Of a stretch of 10,813 nt of DNA, positions 1 through 5,993 are shown piece by piece. This DNA is from Abditibacteriaceae bacterium. GTDB taxonomy: Bacteria; Armatimonadota; Abditibacteriia; Abditibacteriales; Abditibacteriaceae. The position numbers were made by a program, and so were the translations under genes. Each line of letters opens with the position of its first letter. Position 1 is the stretch's first letter. The DNA lies in assembly GCA_031372065.1 (NCBI GenBank), contig JANMKN010000320.1, positions 1 to 10,813 on the forward strand. Direction: 5' to 3'. Under the pieces are notes generated by a model. That model was not told where the DNA came from, did not search any database, and was given only the letters and a program-made list of their open reading frames with translations.

Positions 1-1015
1 CCGGCGAACGAAATCTCACTTCGGCAGTATTGCCCTTATCAAAGGGCATATTTTCGTAGCCGCCATTGCGCAAAACGTTGGCGATGTCCGGCGCGCCTCC
101 CAAAGAAAAAACCGCGCGCACAAGCGGCGCCGAGGCGGCTGTTAACAACGCAATTGTGCCGCCGGTGCTATGTCCGGCCACATAAATGCGGGCTGGGTCA
201 ACCGAAGGCAACTGCTTGAGATAATTGATGGCGGCGACGGCATCTTCGACTTCGCCGCCGAACAATTCAAACTTGCCGGGATTATCGTTTTCGCCGCGCC
301 ACGAAGGGCATAAAACGACGTAACCGGCTTCGACAAAAGGTTTGGCTTGTGCAGCGTCGGCGGGGCCAATGCCACCAAAACCGCCGTGCGCCCACAAAAC
401 CGCCGGATGTTTTTTTTCGTCGCCCGGTTCGGCCAAATATGCCGCCAATTCGCCTGCTGGAGAGGCATATTTCACGATTTTAAAGCCATCTACTTCGGGC
501 GCCGCGCCAACGGGCTGATATTTGGTTTCGACGAGCTTGGTTTTGAATCCGGCCCGCACGCGTTCTTCGAGCAAACCGGCAAACGGGGCACGCAAATAAA
601 TCAGACGCGCATTAAAAGGCTGGCTGCCCGCTTCGCGTCCGACTACGGCGACATCATCGCCGCGCCGCAACATGGAAAACGGAAAACCATCTTCGCGTTG
701 TGAATTCGCGCCGGGCAGATTAAAAATCGTAATCGGCTCGGTCAGCATGATAGTTTTAGGACGCGGCGGGTCAATGGCTTTTGAGTTACCATTCGGAACA
801 GTAAACGAATCGGCGAAAATCGAAATCGCGGCGCGCGGCACATTCACGCCTGTGACTTTGCCAGTCAGTTGAATTTCGCCTTCCTGCAAAAGAAACGGGC
901 TGACTGGCGTGGCTGGTGGCAGAGTAGGGCGTTCTTGCGCTGCTTCTTGCGCTTTGGTGGCGCTCACGATGCAAAAAGCAACGAAAACAGTGAGTAAAAA
1001 TTGCTGCTTGTTCAT
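1..1015 (-). CDS. Secreted alpha/beta-fold serine hydrolase (S9 prolyl-oligopeptidase/dienelactone-hydrolase-like) with an extra N-terminal domain; 3'-partial
   Basis: Hand translation from ATG at 1015 is open to the window edge. It begins MNKQQFLLTVFVAFCIVSATKAQEAAQ (signal-peptide-like, A-T-K-A|Q) and continues ...KYASPAGELAAYLAEPGDEKKHPAVLWAHGGFGG...AGYVVLCPSWRGENDNPGKFELFGGEVEDAVAAINYLKQLPSVDPARIYVAGHSTGG. The nucleophile elbow G-H-S-T-G is at 161-175. The ATG is 12 nt after the sulfatase stop. It is absent from the ORF track because its stop lies outside the window. Confidence 0.9.
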   Translation of the reverse strand, partial: MNKQQFLLTVFVAFCIVSATKAQEAAQERPTLPPATPVSPFLLQEGEIQLTGKVTGVNVPRAAISIFADSFTVPNGNSKAIDPPRPKTIMLTEPITIFNLPGANSQREDGFPFSMLRRGDDVAVVGREAGSQPFNARLIYLRAPFAGLLEERVRAGFKTKLVETKYQPVGAAPEVDGFKIVKYASPAGELAAYLAEPGDEKKHPAVLWAHGGFGGIGPADAAQAKPFVEAGYVVLCPSWRGENDNPGKFELFGGEVEDAVAAINYLKQLPSVDPARIYVAGHSTGGTIALLTAASAPLVRAVFSLGGAPDIANVLRNGGYENMPFDKGNTAEVRFRSP

Positions 1016-1027
1016 GTTGATTTCGAT

Positions 1028-2425
1028 TTAATACACCTGCAATCCGATTTCTTCGCGCTTGCCGTCGCGCCACGCTTCCCAATCGTTGTGGCGCGGTAAG
1101 TTTTTGACGCGCAGGCCGCTTTTTGATGGTTCCTCGTAATCGGCATACCATTCTTCAAGACGCTGCAAAAGCGCAGCACGCGTTTCAGCGTAGGCGGGCA
1201 ACTCCGCCAAATTGCGTCTTTCCTGCGGGTCGGCCACTAAATCGAAAAGGTCATCTGGCCCGCTCGGATAGCGCCGCACGAATTTATAATGCGGCGTGCG
1301 CATCATGCGCAAATCGCCGTATTCGCCAAAAAGCACATCGTCCCACGCCGCGCGCGAATTGGTCAGCAAACTGGCGAAATTTGCGCCCGGATAAGCGCGA
1401 TGATACGGCAAATCGGCGCCCGCAACGGCGCAAATGAATTGAAACGTATCGTAGTGATCTACGCAATGCTCAATTGTCGTTTGCGGCGCGATTTTTTCGG
1501 GCCAACTCATCAAAAGTGGCACGCGCAAGCTGGTTTCGTGCATATTTAAAGGCCGCGTCGAATTACCTTTGCCCCAGAAACCGTGATGGCCCAAAGCGCA
1601 GCCGTGGTCGGAAACATAAATGACCAACGTATTTTCCAGTTGCCCGTTTTCGCGCAGTTTTTCTAAGATTTGGCCCACATTGCGGTCAATTTCGCCGACG
1701 GCAGCGTAGTAATTGGCATAATACGGGCGCAATTTTTCTCGCTCGTGTTCGCCGCCCGCCAAACCTTCGTTTTTGTGCCACGGATGCGGTTTATAAAGCG
1801 GAATATCAGCGAATATCGCGTCGTCGTAAAGCGCCACTAAATCGGCTTCCTGTTGCGCATACGGCGAATGCGTGGTGATGTAACCGACGTTCAGAAAAAA
1901 AGGTTTGTCCGGCGGTGCTTCGTCTAAAAATTGGAGCGCGTAATCGGTTATCAGTTGCGTTTTGTTACCGCGTTTGGGCAGCGCCTGACCGTTGAGGTGA
2001 TAAACAAAAGCACTGCGGTGATCGCCTTGTCCGCCCGGCAAGCCAAAGCACCAATCGAAGCCGCGCGGCGTGTAATGCGAACGCCCTAAATGCCACTTGC
2101 CGGACAAGCCGCAATGATAACCAGCGGCGCTTAAAAGTTCCGGCAGCGTGATTTCATCGCGAAGCCAATCGCGTTCGGCGATGTCTCCATCGCTTTCAAA
2201 AAGCCAATCATGAATGCCGACTTGCGAGGGCGTGCGTCCGGTTAGCAAACAGGCGCGCGCGGGCGAACAAACCGGACAAGGCGTAAACGCATTGCGAAAA
2301 TTTGCGCCTCCTTTTGCCAGCGAATCGAGAACCGGCGATTGCACTTCGGAATTTCCGTTAGCGCTCAATGCCCACGCGCCGTGATCATCGGTGAGAAACA
2401 GCAAGATATTGGGTTGAGAATTCAT
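1028..2425 (-). CDS. Formylglycine-dependent (Cys-type) sulfatase-like hydrolase
   Basis: 465 aa. Shows N-terminal PNILLFLTDD, the CxPxR signature CSPARACLLTGR, LSGKWHLG, KPFFLNVGYITTHSPY, NTLVIYVSDHG, RVPLLMSWP and LFDLVADPQERRNLA. No signal peptide. Confidence 0.95.
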   Translation of the reverse strand: MNSQPNILLFLTDDHGAWALSANGNSEVQSPVLDSLAKGGANFRNAFTPCPVCSPARACLLTGRTPSQVGIHDWLFESDGDIAERDWLRDEITLPELLSAAGYHCGLSGKWHLGRSHYTPRGFDWCFGLPGGQGDHRSAFVYHLNGQALPKRGNKTQLITDYALQFLDEAPPDKPFFLNVGYITTHSPYAQQEADLVALYDDAIFADIPLYKPHPWHKNEGLAGGEHEREKLRPYYANYYAAVGEIDRNVGQILEKLRENGQLENTLVIYVSDHGCALGHHGFWGKGNSTRPLNMHETSLRVPLLMSWPEKIAPQTTIEHCVDHYDTFQFICAVAGADLPYHRAYPGANFASLLTNSRAAWDDVLFGEYGDLRMMRTPHYKFVRRYPSGPDDLFDLVADPQERRNLAELPAYAETRAALLQRLEEWYADYEEPSKSGLRVKNLPRHNDWEAWRDGKREEIGLQVY

Positions 2426-2427
2426 TA

Positions 2428-5400
2428 TTACAATTGGTCTATCAAATCTGGCACGAGTTCGTTTGTTTGCGTTGGTTTTACCGGCAAAGTGAAGGTGAAA
2501 ACCGCGCCGCCACTGGCGCCGCTGCCAATGCGAATGGTGCCGCCGTGCGTTTCGACCAAGTGTTTGGTGAGAAAAAGTCCAAGACCAGTGCCAGTGGGTT
2601 TGGCGCCGCTGCCCGCGCCCGAAACGGGGGTCGAAGCGCGCACGAAACGCTCGAATAAAAGGCGGCGTTGCTCTTGCGGAATGCCCGGCCCTTCGTCGCG
2701 CACGCTGATTTCGATAAATTCTCCGGCGCGCCGTGCGCTCACGATAACCTGTCCGCCGGGCGCATATTTGAGGGCGTTGGAAATCAGGTTTATCAATATT
2801 TGCAGCACTTTATCGCGGTCTGCAAAAACCGGCGGCAAATGCGGGGGCACGTTGCAATTGATGCTGTGACGGCTCGAATAAGCGCGCTGTGAATCGCAGG
2901 CGGCAATCGCCAATTCTTGAATATCGATTTCTTCGCGCATCAGTTCAATAGGCCGTCCGGCCTCAATGCGCGCCACATCAAGCAAGCTGTTAATTAGACG
3001 TGTTAATCGTTCGCTTTCGCCTTTGATGAGGCCCAAAAAGCGCGCGCGTGAGGCGGCGTTTGCCATGCTTTCGTTGCGTTGCAGCATCGAAGCGAAACCG
3101 GCAATCGAAGTCAGCGGCGAACGCATTTCGTGGGCGACAAACGACACGAAATCGCTTTTGGCGCGGTCAATGTAGCGCGCTTCGGTCACGTCATCCAACA
3201 CGATAATCCAGCCGGTTGGCGTGTTGGCGTTTGATAGCTGGTTTGCGTTGGCGGCGTCATCGAGTTGGCCGTGGAGCAGCGCGCTTTGCACTTCGATAAG
3301 ACGCGGCGCATCCGGGTCGCCGCGCTTCAATTCGACGCGCGGCGTATGGGCATCCAGAAAGTAATCGGGAATTAATCTGCTCAGGCGCCTTTCATCCAAA
3401 GTGCGCGCGTTCCAACCGGTGAGTTCGGGTAAAAGGCGTTGCGCGGCGGGATTTACCAGTTGAATTTGCCCATCAGCGTCGGTGACAATCACGCCACCGG
3501 TCATGCTTTGCAGAACTGTGGAAAACAAATTGCGCTCGGTTTCCAAGCGGCGATTGGTGCGCTCCAAAGCGCTTTCCGAACGCTCCACGCGCAAGTTTAA
3601 AACTTCATAAAGTCGCGCATTTTCCAGCACAACCGCAGCCTGATTCGCCACCGCCAAAAGCAGTTCGGCATCGCTGTAAGTGAACGGATTGTTATCAAGG
3701 CGATTAATCACTTCGATAACGCCCAAAGTCTTGCCTTGCAAGCGCAGTGGGACGCACAAAATGGACTGCGTTTGAAAGCCGGTATTGCGGTCAAAATTGC
3801 GAGCGAAACGCGGATCGTTGGCTGTATCGTTGACAATCGCCGGTAGTCCATGCAACGCGACCCAACCCGCGATGCCTTCGCCCACTTTGACAGTGAGCGG
3901 CAGCACATCCGAAGCTTTGGGGCCAGTTGTGGCAGCAAAGCGCAGCGTTTCACCGTCTTCGTTCAACAGCAACGCGGCGGCGCTGTTCGATTGCATTAAA
4001 TCCATCGCCCAATCCAAGAGGCGCGAAAGTAATTCGTTGGGCTGTGTTTGCGCGGCGATGACTTCGCTGACCTGTGACACGGCTTCAATAGTTGATTCGA
4101 CGCGCGTGTTATCGCGCTCTTGACGCCGCGCCCGGCCAATAACGCCGATGAGATAAGTCAGGCCACCACTAAGCCAAGGCGCCGAAATATCGAGCCAGAT
4201 ATTACGCGCGAAAAGGCCCAGCGACAATAGCGCGATGGCGCTGAGTGATGTGCAAGTGACCAAGCCGCTCCAACTGGGGCGCCGCGCGGTGACAAAGGCG
4301 CCGATGAGCAGGCAGGGCATGAAGGTGAAAAACCAAATCCACTGATCGGGCAAACGATGCAAGGCGCGGTCTGTCAGCAGATTATCCAGTGCAACGGCGT
4401 AAATTTCCACGCCGGGCAAGCGCCGCGTGCCCGGCCCTTGATACAAAACAGTGCGCGTGGGCGCGGTCAGGCCAATGATGACAGCTTTGCCGCGCAAAGG
4501 CGAAAGTAAGCGTGGATCGCGCAAGGCGGCGTCCACGGAAATGGTGTGAAACGGCGAAGGCGACGAGGCAAACGGATCATGATTTTCATCGCTGGGGCGC
4601 GATGAATCGGCATCGGGGCCTGTGGGAAAATTAAGCAGCAATTTGCCGCCGCGTGCCGGAATGCGAAATGGCCCCGCAAATAGCGTTTGCGCTCGCGAGG
4701 CAGGCGCGATTTGGTCGGCGCCGTCTACGAATTTGATGTTAGCGCGGCTTTCGGGCGTATTAATGCGCTCGGCGCCTAAAAAGGCGGATAAAGGCAGCGA
4801 GGGAAACAAGTGCCCGTTTTGTGGTAGCAGCAGAGGCATTTCGCGCACGCGGCCATCGCTTTCGAGCATGAAGTTCAGAAAACCAGAACCCGCAGCACCG
4901 TTCAGCAATGTGGCATCGGGACTGTCAAGGCGCAAAAACCGATAAGCAGCGAGCGGTTCGGTGGCAGGAAAAAACGTGTCTGTTGCCCTTTGTCCAGCTC
5001 CGACAGCGAAATCGTCGGTTGTGGCAAAAGGTTCGATGGAAAGCGGCCTACGCGGTAGTTTGGCGGCTTCTTTTTCGCGGAAATGCAACGGCAAATGCCC
5101 GATGTGGCTTTGTTTCAGACCGCGTGCCAACGTTGCTTGATCGGCTTCGGGTAATGTAGTGGAAGCCAATTCGGGCATCGCTAACGCGGCGGCGTTGACT
5201 TGATGTTTCTTGAGTTCCAAGAGCAAGTGCGCCACATCGCTCGCGTTAAAATTGCGCCCGCCCCAACGATAAACCGTGGCTTCGTCAATGGCTAAAATTG
5301 CCACGGCGCGCGGCAAAAGCGGGTCGCGCAACCGAAACCAAAAATCCAAAGTGTCATATTGCAATTTGCCGCCGATGGGCAAATTCGCCAGCAGCAGCAA

Positions 5401-5556
5401 GACGCAAAGCGCCACACCCCAACCCAGCGCCCCGCCCCGCATGACATCCCATGCCGCACTTTGCCGCCAGTGAGAAGGGCGCCAATCGCGCCGCCAGTTT
5501 TCGGGGCGCTCCAGTTTTTTTACGGCATCGCCGGCACGACGCAAGCGGGCAAGCAT
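2428..5556 (-). CDS. Membrane sensor histidine kinase: TM-CHASE2-3TM-GAF-coiled coil-PAS-HisKA-HATPase_c
   Basis: 1042 aa. CHASE2 motifs are YDTLDFWFRLR, VAILAIDEAT, ESDGRVREMPL, LRGKAVIIG and PGVEIYAVALDNLL, followed by three hydrophobic helices. GAF motifs are GEGIAGWVA, SILCVPLRLQGKTLGVIEVIN and FTYSDAELLLAVANQAAVVLENARLY. PAS motif is GGVIVTDADGQIQLVNPAA. Kinase boxes are H (VAHEMRSPLTSI), N (QILINLISNALKY), G1 (DEGPGI), F (LFERF) and G2 (GTGLGL). Confidence 0.95.
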   Translation of the reverse strand: MLARLRRAGDAVKKLERPENWRRDWRPSHWRQSAAWDVMRGGALGWGVALCVLLLLANLPIGGKLQYDTLDFWFRLRDPLLPRAVAILAIDEATVYRWGGRNFNASDVAHLLLELKKHQVNAAALAMPELASTTLPEADQATLARGLKQSHIGHLPLHFREKEAAKLPRRPLSIEPFATTDDFAVGAGQRATDTFFPATEPLAAYRFLRLDSPDATLLNGAAGSGFLNFMLESDGRVREMPLLLPQNGHLFPSLPLSAFLGAERINTPESRANIKFVDGADQIAPASRAQTLFAGPFRIPARGGKLLLNFPTGPDADSSRPSDENHDPFASSPSPFHTISVDAALRDPRLLSPLRGKAVIIGLTAPTRTVLYQGPGTRRLPGVEIYAVALDNLLTDRALHRLPDQWIWFFTFMPCLLIGAFVTARRPSWSGLVTCTSLSAIALLSLGLFARNIWLDISAPWLSGGLTYLIGVIGRARRQERDNTRVESTIEAVSQVSEVIAAQTQPNELLSRLLDWAMDLMQSNSAAALLLNEDGETLRFAATTGPKASDVLPLTVKVGEGIAGWVALHGLPAIVNDTANDPRFARNFDRNTGFQTQSILCVPLRLQGKTLGVIEVINRLDNNPFTYSDAELLLAVANQAAVVLENARLYEVLNLRVERSESALERTNRRLETERNLFSTVLQSMTGGVIVTDADGQIQLVNPAAQRLLPELTGWNARTLDERRLSRLIPDYFLDAHTPRVELKRGDPDAPRLIEVQSALLHGQLDDAANANQLSNANTPTGWIIVLDDVTEARYIDRAKSDFVSFVAHEMRSPLTSIAGFASMLQRNESMANAASRARFLGLIKGESERLTRLINSLLDVARIEAGRPIELMREEIDIQELAIAACDSQRAYSSRHSINCNVPPHLPPVFADRDKVLQILINLISNALKYAPGGQVIVSARRAGEFIEISVRDEGPGIPQEQRRLLFERFVRASTPVSGAGSGAKPTGTGLGLFLTKHLVETHGGTIRIGSGASGGAVFTFTLPVKPTQTNELVPDLIDQL

Positions 5557-5601
5557 GATAGTGAAGTTTACGCGGCTCAGGCGAATTTTATAACTGAGGC
5601 A

Positions 5602-5969
5602 CGCCGCGCCCGTTTGTTTTTATCGGCATCTCCCACGCCGCTCAGCGGTGCTATTGGCGACAAGGAGGTGTCGGCGGGCATCATCGGGATGACCAAAAAG
5701 ATGATCCCAGTTACCGAAAAGAAGGCGCCAGATGCCGAAAAGATGACCCCAGTTGCTAAAAAGATGATTCCAGATGCCGAAAAGAACAGCGGAAGTTTCA
5801 AAAAGAACGTCCGAAGTTTCAAAAAGAGCTTCCGAAGTTCCGAAAAGAACGTCCGAAGTCCTAAAAAGAACACCGGAAGTTTCAAAAAGAACATCCGAAG
5901 TTGTGAAAAGATCGCCGGAAGTTTCAAAAAGAAGGCGCGAAGTTCCGAAAAGTATCAACGGGCGCGGCG
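5602..5969. repeat. Perfect 13-bp inverted repeat pair enclosing the tandem array
   Basis: CGCCGCGCCCGTT at 5602-5614 is the exact reverse complement of AACGGGCGCGGCG at 5957-5969. Confidence 0.85.
5695..5952. repeat. Degenerate 21-bp tandem repeat: 12 full units plus a 13th anchor, in two subtypes
   Basis: The anchor RAAAAG starts exactly every 21 nt at 5695, 5716, 5737, 5758, 5779, 5800, 5821, 5842, 5863, 5884, 5905, 5926 and 5947. Units 1-4 fit RAAAAG-AWG-RNN-CCA-GWT-RCY. Units 5-12 fit RAAAAG-ANN-NNS-SGA-AGT-YNY, e.g. AAAAAGAACGTCCGAAGTTTC. Confidence 0.95.
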
Positions 5970-5993
5970 AAACATGGTGCAGAATAGTGAAAG

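Larger units (their letters stand above)
5558..5991. mobile_element. Putative non-autonomous inserted element (MITE-like) bounded by the direct repeat ATAGTGAA
   Basis: ATAGTGAA occurs at 5558-5565 and 5984-5991, 1 nt from the kinase start codon and 2 nt from the permease stop codon. It encloses a 13-bp inverted repeat and a tandem array. No transposase is present, and the inverted repeats are sub-terminal and asymmetrically placed. Confidence 0.35.

Noticed and set aside
410..417. T8 homopolymer as a phase-variation tract
   Set aside because: It is short, encodes Glu-Lys-Lys in frame on the minus strand, and the reading frame is intact.
142..1549. Short track ORFs such as 142-468, 347-703, 672-872, 786-1151, 1123-1437 and 1289-1549
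   Set aside because: They are shadow or alternative-frame ORFs over the hydrolase and sulfatase genes and have no recognisable motifs.
5662..5670. Perfect SD-like AAGGAGGTG on the plus strand before the array
   Set aside because: The next ATG (5689) is about 19 nt away, too far for canonical initiation, so it does not establish the Lys-rich ORF as a gene.
5695..5952. CRISPR array or TIGR-like guide array
   Set aside because: The 21-nt period is too short, the variable parts are only 3-6 nt and related to each other rather than unique spacers, and there is no cas or Nop-domain gene in the window.
5695..5952. Diversity-generating retroelement TR/VR pair
   Set aside because: There is no reverse transcriptase. 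Adenines are the most conserved positions in the units, and I saw no second copy inside a target gene.
5955..5975. Minus-strand ATG at 5975 (MFRRAR) with an in-frame TGA before the FFLKL repeat frame, suggesting readthrough or selenocysteine
   Set aside because: There is no SD, no selenoprotein-like context and no recognisable SECIS, so a chance short ORF is the simpler explanation.
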